Assembly (NCBI GenBank): GCA_038496445.1 | Contig: JALMLS010000336.1 | Span: 171,662-235,661 of the forward strand | Length of the DNA: 64,000 nt | Direction: 5' to 3' | DNA from: Trichosphaerium sp. ATCC 40318 | Taxonomy: Eukaryota; Protista; Tubulinea | Program-made: the position numbers and the translations under genes | Shown here: piece by piece, positions 52,755-64,000 of the stretch | Position numbering within the stretch: the first letter of the stretch is position 1 | Layout: each line of letters begins with the position of its first letter | Notes under the pieces: generated by a model | What the model saw: the letters and a program-made list of their open reading frames with translations, nothing else | Told to the model about the DNA's origin: nothing | The model's database searches: none

Positions 52755-53334
52755 CACCAATACGCTGTGCTCTCGTTTGCTAGTTTTTAACACGTGCTAA
52801 GATTTTATTCCTTGTTTAAGCGTAACAACCACGTACTCTACTTGGTGTAGCAAGGATAAGGTCAACAACAGTATTTAAGTTGATAACGAAGGTTTTGATC
52901 AAGTTGGGTATCCGTGAATTAAAGAACCGGTGCGACTGACTACAGTAGAAAAATAAAACATGCAGGCACAGTTACAGTAGCCTTTGTTTGAAGTTGTTCG
53001 CTTTTTCTTGCCTGTGCTATTCCGCAATTGTGTTCTCACTTTGATTCTTCTGTGCTTTTTTACTCTCTTACGAAGTTCTTTTTCTACCTCTCTTGTTTAA
53101 AGACGCTCTACCAATGTGAGTATGTTTAATACAATGCATCTGATTGAATTTATTTTCGATCTTATCGAAAACAAAACAAAAAGTGAAAGCGAGTCACGTG
53201 ACAGATCAAAAAACCCTTTACAATTACCATCGTTGCGCTAGTAATAGGTCGGATAATACAATCTAGCGGTCTGTATTGACTTAGCTCACACGTCAATTTT
53301 ATTCGCTATTCCAAAACAAAAAGCTCTTCGCGGT

Positions 53335-55056
53335 ATGCGAGGTAGACACTTGTCCATAAACGTAAAGTTTGCAGTGATTACGCTAGTGTTTTACTTCGGA
53401 CTAACAGAATCGGCTTGCCTTCAACCCAATGGTGGTTTAGAACACTGGTATACCTTCGATAATGGTATAGGAGCGAACAATTTTAGAGGCAGTTACGGTA
53501 AACTAAACACTACAACAAAGATTTCCAGTATTGAGGTTAGTACCTTCTTTCTTTATATCAAAAGATTACATATTGACTTGTTTTTCCGCTGTAAAACAGA
53601 GAGGGGTTGTAGGAAATAGTCTTTGGCTATCAAATGGGACGTTCGAGATTAATGTTCAAGATCCTGTACCACACATTCTAGGTAACCTAAGCAAAAGAAA
53701 CGTGACCGTGCTCCAAAAAAAAAAAATGGAGTCACGTTTTTATTTTATTTTTGTTGTTTTCTTCGTCCTTTTTTTTTTTCCGATCCCCGATTCGGTAACA
53801 CTTTCAAAGGTGATTTCGTAGTTGAGATGTGGACAAAAGTAGACGTTTTAAGACAACCGGAGCACGTTTTATTCTCTCAGTATGATGAATCGCCTGTACC
53901 TATTGGCTATATTGTTGGGTTGAACGACGACGGTACAATGAATATTCATTTGTCAAATTGTAAGTACAAATTACTTAAAGGGGTTAACTTTACTCCGCAT
54001 TTTCCCCTAACTTTACATTAGCTGCATCATATACAGCTGTATCAAATGTATCCATTGCCGATAATAAATGGCACCATATAGCGCTAGTAATGTATAGGTA
54101 CGCTTTTCAAGAAAAAAAGATCTGTTCGTTGACATTTTACAAAAAAAGTGATGGAAGAATACCAAATCTCAGTGTTGATGGTATAGAAAACAGTCTCATT
54201 GGCGCACAGCGAATAAATTGTTGTACACCGTTCCCTCAATCACCTTTTCGACTTGAAGATGGAAGATACGATGAGGTTTGTATAATCACGTGCATAACGT
54301 TATGGAGAAGAAAAATTAAGGTTACTTTTAGGTATCTCTTTACAGAAATGCTCTCACAAACGTTGATGTCTTGCAGCTCTACGAAGCAGGTAATATAATT
54401 TATAAAAAATCACGTGATATTTTTTCTTGATTTAACATTGTAAAGGAAGCGATGGAAAGTGTAGCACTTCTGGTATACCAAACATAGGGACAAAAGAATA
54501 CTTAGAAAGTAAAGGCGCTGAATGTGTCCCACCAGCAAATTGCAGCTTTAACTCATCAACTACGCCTGTTGTCATTGATGATGTTGTTTTAGACGCCAGA
54601 AACTATACTATAATTGTTCAAGGTAACTAAGATCCTTATATTGATCGAAGCTCACGATTAACGTTAGGAAACTTGACGTTTTTGCGATCAATTGTCGTTG
54701 TTAACGAGCATACGCACATCGAAGTTGAACAGTGTCCTCTTTTTCTTGATTCAACTGTTCGCGTTTTATCAAACAAAACTGTTGTTTGGTTTGCTGCATT
54801 CCCTTTAAACTGCTTCATGGACACAAACACTGTAACACTAGATGCTGATAGCGAATGTTCCGCATTAAAGAAAGGTAACAAACTTGTTTCAATTGCGTAG
54901 GTAATTTAACACGTTTTTTTAGAACCATCCAAAATAGGCACTTTTGTTCATCTGGGTTTTCACACAACATGTCGTGCCAGTGTGTTATCAAGTTACAAAC
55001 TATTGACGATTATACTCGGGATAATATTGGTACACTTATTTCTGCCAGAGGGATGA
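53335..55056 (+). CDS. Secreted LamG/concanavalin-like protein with C-terminal hydrophobic anchor, multi-exon
   Basis: Signal peptide; HWYTFD, DFVVEMW, IADNKWHHIAL, GRYDEVSLYRNAL. Confidence 0.7.
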
Positions 55057-55513
55057 AAGCAAAGCAATATTGCTAGAGAAAAATAAAACCGAACAATTTT
55101 TTTTACAACACTTAATGGCGGCTTTCTTGTAGAGACTATCTACTACGTTGCTTACGTCAGCGATAGTATACATTCCAATAATCTCAAACGTGTCACTTAC
55201 CGCGTAGTATTTACACATGACGCATTGTTGTACCTCGTACTACTTGCTTACCAAAATTGGTAATTCTGAGTTCCGACATTGACATGTAAATGTTTAAGAC
55301 ATCAACACCTTGAAAGTACGTTACAAATTACTCCAACATGTTTCCTTTATGGATCAGTAGATAATTTAATAAAGAGTATCCTATAAACGGAGTACTGTGA
55401 CGTTCCTAAGTGAGATTCCTTTTGCTGTTTATTACTTATGCTGCAAGTTTAAAGAACAGTTTTATTAAGGTGAGTGAAATGAAGGGCTAAATTAATGTAT
55501 GAAGAAAGTAGCA

Positions 55514-56748
55514 TTATACTTCAGAGTATTCATCTCTCTTTGTGACTAAACAACTAGTGAGAATTCTTGTTCTTGCTAACACAGAAAAAACATACCTAGT
55601 CCGACTAGAAACATTACACCATCTTTGCAAAGCCCAGGAATGCTGAACCAGAAGTCCTATTTTGAAAAAGTAAATATCACGTGGTAACCTTTTTACGACA
55701 TAAAGTTTAATTGGAGTTTGGATAACTGAGCAAGATACGCACTTTGTGAGGAATTTTCTCTCCATTTTTCCTAACAATATTGAACGTAACTGTACCAGCT
55801 ACGTATGCAATGACACCAAGCAAGAGTACAATAAGCATAATGGAACCAATACTTAATCCTTTCTTTTTGTTGTTATCATCTCCTTTGCCGCCACCGCCAC
55901 CACCTCCACTTGTGGGGCTGCCGCCGCTATTGGTCTTACAAGCGTGGATAGATGAGGCTGTCATTCTATAGTGAAGCCCTTCATTATCAAAGACTTGGAA
56001 ATTGGTCCATGCTAAAAGAAAACTATCAGCATGAAGCCAAAAAATGTGTCAAGCCAAACTGAATACCATCTGTTCCGCAAGATATTGTCACTAGTAACAA
56101 ATCATGTTAGATAAAAAAGTGGTTAAGTATGCTCTATGCACTTACGTTCAAAAGTTCGGTGTAGATAACCACCAGAGTAGCTCAGTTTAACACCTCCATT
56201 GTTATCAAGACCAATTGCTTGTTCTGTATCTATTGTACCAATCGAGTACTGAACAAACAATTAGACGAACTAAGCGAAGAAGAAAGAACAATCCAACAGA
56301 GTTCGATTCCATATCGAGAAATTTCGGAACATCTCCTTGGAAATATCACTGTACCATTGCTCCTTGAGCATTATATTGCCCCCACGCTTGACAACCAGCG
56401 AAGTATTGCTATGGCGTGGTCAGCAAACAGATTGAAAGCAAAATGTGACCAAAAGACGCACATTTTGGCAAAGAACGTTCGATTCTTTGCATATAGATAC
56501 GCGGTATTGGTATTTATCTTTCTACAATAGTAGTAAGTGGAATGTTCGCTTTTTTGTTCACTTACCCCTCCACCGCAGCCATCACACTTTACAGTACCGT
56601 ATCCGGTTACTAGCTTACCAATAAGCGCAGATAGATCATATTGTGACCCGTCTTGGGCTACTATCGACCTACAATCTGCGTATACCTTTGAAAGGCATAG
56701 TAGGCTTACAAATGCCACCAAGAAGAGTTGGTGTTGCGAGTACGACAT
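55514..56748 (-). CDS. ATG27 / cation-dependent mannose-6-phosphate receptor-like type I membrane protein
   Basis: Signal peptide; MRH motif QYDLSAL..Y.YRVSIC; TM GLSIGSIMLIV; cytosolic IPHKDFWFSIPGLCKDG; terminal YSEV sorting motif. Confidence 0.85.
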
Positions 56749-57421
56749 TTTCTTAATAGTATTCCAACTGTTTCTCGAAAATTGACGAAATTTTTCTCAA
56801 TTTGGAGCATCTAAATTTTACGGTATATCTTCTTGTAGTTGTAAGTGCTTATTATCTTGTGCTTCATTTGATTTCTTTTCATTTAAGGATCTCTTATATG
56901 AATTTGTTGGGGTCTGGTCAGCATCTTCTACGGGACTTACAGACCTTTGTTTTCTGTACGAAAGAATTGTAGTTGGATACAATCAGTGACGCCTAAAAAT
57001 ACAACTGGGAAAGTTCGAAACGAAAAAGTTCGAAAAAACTACTTAAAAAAATTACAGACTAGCAAGGTTTCTTCTAATTGTTTCTGCTGGGGAGTGCTGA
57101 CAACATGTGCAAGTGTTATGTAAAAGATACTACTAATCGTGACAGTGAAGCTAGTCGGATTCTTGTGCCAATCAAAATGTAGCAAGCACGGCCATTTTCT
57201 TTGCGAAGTACTTTACATCCTTGTTCTATGTTGCTACTGTACCAGTAGACTCATACTCAGTTAGAAGAACATATCTAGTTCAGAGGATGGAAATTGCGTA
57301 GACTAAGCTGAGTCGAAAGATGTTTTTTAAAACGCTCTTAAAAAGGAAACTGTAAAGAAAAAAAAAAGTTTGTTTCATTGAATTATTAACTTTATTTTCC
57401 CTCCAAACAAACAATAATTGT

Positions 57422-59104
57422 ATGGACAATACAGTAAATGATATTGACGATTGGATACCAGAACGCGTACTAAATAAAAGAACGTTGAAATCCGTACGAG
57501 CGAGAATAGTTTTTTGTTGACTATTTATACGCCTTAAAGGGCGCTATAGAGTATTTAGTAAAGTGGGAAGGTTGGAACGTTGAACACGCTACTTGGGAGG
57601 TAAGTATAACATTTTTTGGCTTTATATCGCTATAAACTACTTATTTCGCTCAAGCACGAAGACGACCTTGAATGTGACATACTTTTATGTAAATTCAACT
57701 TAGAACAGCGGAAAAAAGCTCAAACGTCAAAACAACAACGCAAACACAGCAACGACGCTCGTACTATACGTAAAAAGCATGAAAAACAGTTTGTATACTC
57801 ACGTGAGGCTATTTTCGGAAATCTTAATGTCCAGCAATCGAAAAAACAGAATCAAGAACGATCATACCAAGAAATATGGCAAAACATTGATCACTCGAAG
57901 ATGTTTTCAAAGTACCCTCGCAAAGGCGATTACATGCTTTCTTTTGAACCAACAGAACCAGAAAAGTACTTGCCTGTTCTAGCACAGTATGGGTTTGTAG
58001 TTATAAGAGTATTAAACAAAGAAGAGTGTGTTAAATCTCAAAAAGCACTTTTTGAAGAAGCCAATGAAGATGCTTGTTCTCATCAGGAAGTCAAGCTTGA
58101 TCGCTCAAAACCTTGTACATGGGAAACAAAGAACTGGCCTTCGGGTAGTAAGTATTTATTCAGACGACCTGCATTACATAAGGTAGCATTTGAGAATAGA
58201 ATAAAAAAACAATTTATCGGACTTTTTGTGAGATTCATGGAACAAAAAAGTTATGGACTACTATAGACTATTGGGGTGTTATGAGAGGAACAAAGAACCT
58301 TGATTTTGTTGGATCAGAAACTAAAAAAGAGAGACCCGCCTGGAAATTTAATCTTCAACTTCATTGGGACTTGAATCCATGGCAGTAAGAAATAGCCAAG
58401 TAATTCTCTGAACCAATTTGTAACGGTTTTTTTAAGGTACATGGAAGAAGTTACAGATGGCTTGACCGCAAGATACCAAGCTCTTATCGCTTTAGGTAAC
58501 GCACATACATTGAAAACTAATAATTGAATATTCAAGTATTAACTTGCAAATGATAGACGATTGCCCTGAAGAAGTTGGTGGATTTCTAACTGTTCCCGGA
58601 TCAACAAGGTTTTTGAACAAGTGGTAAGTTTTTTTTACCACGTGTTTTTGCTTAACCAAGATTTTTCAGGCGAAATACACATATTAAACCACATAATAAG
58701 AATATATTAACACGTGTACCGCCATCAGACCCAATACAACAGTACACGCAAAGAGTAAGATATTGTCCTTCTGAAAATTTTGTTGTACTTTTACCAGTGC
58801 TTCCTCTTTGTTGGGTTTGTGTTTACCGTTTTGTGTTTACCGTTTTGTATAGGTGCCCTTACGTGCAGGAGAGATGGTTATTTGGAATTCAGGACAAGCA
58901 CACGCTAACTATGGAAACACTTCGAATAAAATGAGATTGATTCAATTTGTAAAGATGATACCTGCAAAAGATGAATGCTATATTCGTGAAAGGCGCACAG
59001 CAAAAAGAACACTTGACGAGATTCCTGAATATAAACCATATGTTGATAGACTTGGTCTTGATGATTTTGGACTTAAACTCTTTGGTTTAAAAGATTGGGA
59101 GTAA
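57422..59104 (+). CDS. Chromodomain + PhyH-like Fe(II)/2OG dioxygenase (frameshift at about 58209)
   Basis: Spliced N-terminus WIPERVLNKR..GAIEYLVKWEGWNVEHATWE; LHWD (HxD), YQALIAL, GGFLTVPGS, AGEMVIWNSGQAH, MRL. Confidence 0.8.
58819..58849. repeat. Intronic tandem duplication (GTGTTTACCGTTTT)x2
   Basis: Direct 14-bp repeat just before the acceptor at 58852. Confidence 0.7.
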
Positions 59105-59401
59105 CAACTACTGTTGTAACAGTTGGTACCCGAATGTAATGTCTCGGTGTAGGCACTACCGTCCTGTCACATTAATACAGCCAAACAGCTTCGATCCTGT
59201 ATTTGGACGCGTGAAACAATTTGGGTTCTTTGTACTAGGTAATTGGAGTTCGTTGGTGTATATGGAAAGACTAAATAAAATCAAAATCTCTTGTACAACA
59301 CAGCTATGTAACTTTTTTCCAAAGATGTTGGTAATCTAAGTAACTTTATGAGACCATTAATGACACTTTACTCGCTTTATTACTACTAAGTTAATTTATT
59401 C

Positions 59402-62352
59402 TCATGTTGTACTAATAGAAATAAGAAATAATAACATACACGTGAAGGAACGAGAATGAGTAAAAAATTGAACGTACACTGTTTCGGTGGCGTGAAGCAA
59501 GTGCCGTTCTTGATCGACTTCTTCACCAGCTACATATTCACTATTGTTATATGGCACCCATGACCAAATGGCGAATGATACGCCTACAGCTACAGTAACA
59601 AAAAGTATCATCAAACTAGTAAAACTCCATGCAGGGAATCCAAGAATTATACTGTCAAGTTCACCAGGTGTTCTGAAAAACGACAATGATAGTATAAACA
59701 GGAGGAACCATAGTAACCAATACATATTATACTGTGCAGGATCCTTATCATCCTCTAAAACCCAAATAATTAGCCAAACAAAACAGTACATTCACCAACA
59801 AAGGTAATACTTTGTTTGGCTTTTTTTCTACATACCAAACATAGTGTCAACATCAATACTTAACGTAAGAGGGCCTTTAGGGCTTTTAAGCAATCTATCG
59901 TTTATAATTTGAACTGCTAGCAGCACAATTATATTCGCAGCAAATCCATATACACCGGGATCAATACCAACTACAATCAAGAAATCAAACTAAGTTATTG
60001 TAAACTTCTATTACTTACGTAAATTATCACCACCAGTAGCGATTATCATAATAACAGTGATTACAATACCTACTATACAACCGCAGAATAAACTTATCCA
60101 ACGTATCCAACCCAAGTACAACCCCTACATAAAAGAATAAATAAGCACTGAAGGAAAAAAAACTGAAGTTGACTATAATTGTTTAACACGAAATCAGGCT
60201 GATCTGATGCTTCTTCAGTTGTTTTTCAGTATAGGTTACTCGTTTTTACGTACAAGTATAAAGCTTGGAGTTGCTTGGATGAGTATGTTACCAACAAAGA
60301 GCAACATGACATATAAGTTAAATTCAATGAAAACTCCAATGATAATTCCGACAACAACCAATAAAACAGTCACAAATTTTGAAGCAATGAGAAGATGAGA
60401 TTCCTTAGACGACGGCCATAATGGTTTAATAATATCTATAATTATTATAGAAGTTGCAGACATTAAAAGAGAATCAGTAGTGCTCATTCTACTCGAGTGT
60501 TAATGTTCCATTCACAAAAACATAAATAAAATTGATAAATCTTTTTACGTACATTGCTGCTACTGAGCTTGCCAATAATAACGCTAAAGATAATAAGAAA
60601 TATACTCCAATAATTAGCAAGTACATGCGACAAAGTTAGAGAAACCTCCTTTAAGCAAAAAGTCCCTAGAGGTGAAGAGATAAGTTACAGAAATAACGAT
60701 TTGTGTTACTGAATTGATATGTAAGCTCACCCAATGACAATTGAAAGAATCTGGTCAGATTCATCATCACTCAAATCAGGATGACTGACACGGCCCAGGA
60801 TACCAATAGTTATACTGAACAAATAGTCAAAAACCTTCGTACAACCGAATAAAGTCGAAGTCAATCCGACAATCATGAAAACCGAAATAAACTGTAAAGT
60901 TTCTTTACCACAATTAATTGTTGAAATATTTTGTTCAAATTAAAAGAAAGCACGTGCCTGGGTAAGTAAGCAAATCCTTGTACAAACACAAGCATCCAAA
61001 TTCCAAGTTTAAGTTTCTTCTCGCTTTGTACTGCAAATATTCTTTGAAGCATATGAGGGTAGATCATTGAACTAAGCAAACATTAAACAATAACTATGTA
61101 GGTATTACTGGTACCTAACGTTTAAGATAATGAAAGAGTACCAAGCAAGTTTAGCTGTAGGTCCAGGGACAGCAAGAATATGCTCTGGTAATAGCTTTGC
61201 TTGCTTAATTAAACCTTGAACATGTAAATGAACCAAATAATGGCTTAATAACTTTTTTCTCACCTCCTTCTTGAACAACCCCAATCACAATAACGGATAT
61301 AAACGCAAACATTATCATGCTACCCTAGGATACTTATGAGCTTCTATCAAAGTTATCATAAAGTGCTATAAAAGTCACTTAAGTGACAGTACTTGAACAA
61401 TATCAGTCCATGCAACAGAACGCATTCCACCCTTAACCAAAACTTAGTATTAAGAATTAAAACAACAAGAGCACCAGCATCTCGTATATCAGCATAACTA
61501 CACCAAAGCCGATAGCTCCCCAAATGCCATCCACAGTGTTATTACTTAGTCCCTTTCAACCGTTGAGATTTGGATACTTCATAGAAGAGTACAGAGTCAT
61601 TACGAACCTCCGTGGATTGACCTATCGCTTTAAACTGTCCAATGATGTAGCATATATTAGGTACAAGTAAACACAGAGCTATAAGCGTTCTCAGCAACCG
61701 TGAACCGAATCTACAGTAATGAGGAGAAGAGTCTTGTTGACTGCAAGTACCTATCACGTATAAACTCAGCCGGTGAAATGTACTTCCTTGCCTACCACCA
61801 CAATCAAATTCACGCCCAAAACAAAGCCACGACATACTTTTGCTATACGATACAGCCTAGGAGCAATAGCTAAAAGCGGACCAGCTGTCCATAGAACTGA
61901 TCTAAAGCAAAAAGAAATATGTTATCAAGTAATAATTATCGACTATCGGAATTTTCTTGTTGTTTTTTTTAAAGTACCCAGCCATCCAAACTAATGCTAG
62001 ATAACCTCTTCTATAAGCGTCTCCAGGTACACCGACAATAGTAAAACCAGAGTAAAATCTTTTTGAAACAAAAAAATCACGTGTTAGATGTAGCGGCTGT
62101 ACCACGTGATAAAAATTGCTTACGAGGCGAATGCCGTGCAAAAAAATACAAAAAAGCTCATTCGTCCTCCAACGATGTAATGTTCACCTCAAGGGTACTC
62201 TTAGTAAGCGTAGAGACAGTTGGAATAAATTTATAGCGACATTTACCTAGAGAGTTGTTTCGCTTCATAAAGAAGCCAACTACGCCTAATCCAAGGAGTA
62301 CTATCAAGTACGCGGCTAATATTACCCATACTGTAGCACCGTAAGAAGCCAT
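59402..62352 (-). CDS. Sodium:solute symporter (SSS, PanF-like) with fused small C-terminal membrane domain, multi-exon
   Basis: EHYIVGGR, YSGFTIVGVPGDAYRRG, GGMRSVAWTDIVQ, PHMLQRIFA, AAIMSTTDSLL. Confidence 0.88.
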
Positions 62353-62652
62353 TTGTGGCTTAGGCTTTACTCCAGAATAGAAATAAAAAAATGGTTTAAG
62401 TACGTTTGTAACAATTGAGTTACCAGAACTGATTTCAAAGCATAACAATTGGCACAATCTGAAAGACTCTCAAGTGGTTCAAAAGGTTTGAAATCATGCA
62501 TTGTAGTTCCACGTGAAAGTACGGAACAGTGACCAAGGTATCAGTACTTACTTCAATTTTCAATGAAACAAATACTCGGTGTCATCGATAGTGTGGTATT
62601 GTTTATTGTTTTTGATTAAACCTCCACAAGACAAGCTAGAACTTAAAAGAAT

Positions 62653-64000
62653 TTAATTTGGAAATCTTGCGTTTTTGATCCAGTTAGAGAACATAACTAA
62701 AAATAACTTAGTACAAATTGGAAATAAATAGGTTGCTTACTGTATGCTCTCTCTGGTTGGAAGTAAGGTACTTGATGTCCAGCATTACGGACAGTAGCGA
62801 AAGTCATTGTATCATATACAGTGACGTATCCGCCAACTTGTTTACCACTGTCATGCCATGGACGCCATTCGTCTTTAATGTGCCTAAAAAACAGATCAGC
62901 AAAAAAAAACAAAAACTGGTTCCACATACAAATTGATGCTGTTGATCCATCTTTGTGTTCCAAGCCATGGTACAATAGCGTCAACATCTCCGGCGTATAC
63001 AAGAATATGTTGATTTGTGGTAAAGAGTTTCTCGTATACAGGAATAACACTCTTCTTAACATCTTCGTAGTTGTAGTGAACCTATCGATAATAAATAAGC
63101 CAACTATGTGTCAGTAGCAACATACCGTTTGTGAGCAAGCTTCCCAGTGTGTAGGATCGGCATGTATGGCTTCTTGAACTGCAGGAGTCTATTAAACAAA
63201 GAATGTTAGGATTAAGCAATCAACAAACAAATTGTTGTGAGTATCCGTACGTTTAAGTATTTTGTGATATCAGCAGTGAGGCAAGCATCAAGACCATGTT
63301 CGGTTTTAGCAACCTTATTCAAAGCGCTGTGGAATGGAGAACCGGCTCTTGCAAATGCACCAACAACATCATTTAAAACACAAACATCAGCGTAAATATC
63401 GTAAATCTAAACCAATGATTAGCACATACAGTTCCAGTTAAGATTTATAGCGTACAGATACATCACCCATTTGTTTGTTAGCTTTAGCTACAGCATTATC
63501 GCAAGCTGAATTATCGACGCTACGCTTGGATACAAGTGGACCTAGTAGATTAGCTTAGAAGCTTACTTGTAGCAACAGCACAATCTGAAATAATTACCGT
63601 AGTTGGAGAGGTTGCAGTGTTTTTTGATTTCATCAATTGTACTCTCAGGTACCAAAGCACGTTGCCACCTTTAGGGTATCGAGATTAGATTTGTGCATTC
63701 TCAATAAATAATAAAAGAGTACCATGAATCAATAGCAGCAGTGTTATCAACTGGCATATGAGTCCACGCGTTTCCAACCAAAAATCCTTGAATATTGATT
63801 TGCGCTTTGTTCTCGAGATTTCCTTCGTGAATACGAAGAGCTAATTCAGGTACGTAGTGTCCTAACTTCTTTAGCAAACAACGAAGTAATGAGTTGAAAA
63901 AAAATTATCATACCTCCATAGGATTCTCCAGTAATCCAGAATTCACGACCAACAAACTCAGGAAATTCTTCATGAATGAATTTCAACAAGAAAGTGTAAG
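62653..64000 (-). CDS. Serine carboxypeptidase S10 (3' part; 5' end lies outside the window)
   Basis: [39 protein letters not shown]. Confidence 0.93.

Noticed and set aside
57008-57040. GAAAGTTCGAAA repeats as heat-shock elements
   Set aside because: They do not form three correctly phased nGAAn units.

Overview
This is eukaryotic nuclear DNA from an AT-rich, gene-dense, intron-rich protist (amoebozoan-like by inference only). Most introns are about 40-70 nt with GTACGT/GTAAGT donors, so the ORF track fragments most genes; the gene models below were spliced by hand. I can support about 25 genes: PDI, BolA-like, PPR-like, a large class C-type 7TM receptor with a pentraxin/LamG ectodomain, FPGS, WASP, RCC1(+SAM-like), five F-box proteins (3 LRR, 1 NHL, 1 MORN), a BTB-BACK protein, a TPR-STI1 protein, an ATG27/M6PR-like protein, a Na+:solute symporter, an S10 carboxypeptidase, an intronless HD-domain gene and two uncharacterised surface proteins. 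Three things stand out. (1) A four-copy family of secreted trypsin-like protease + GDPH-vWD + EGF + GPI proteins has variable active-site loops and homogenised stalks. (2) A chromodomain is fused to a PhyH-type Fe(II)/2-oxoglutarate dioxygenase, with a -1 frameshift at an A7 run. (3) The palindrome CACGTG, often flanked by A/T tracts, is strongly enriched in introns and promoters. I recognised no rRNA, tRNA, CRISPR array or intact mobile element.
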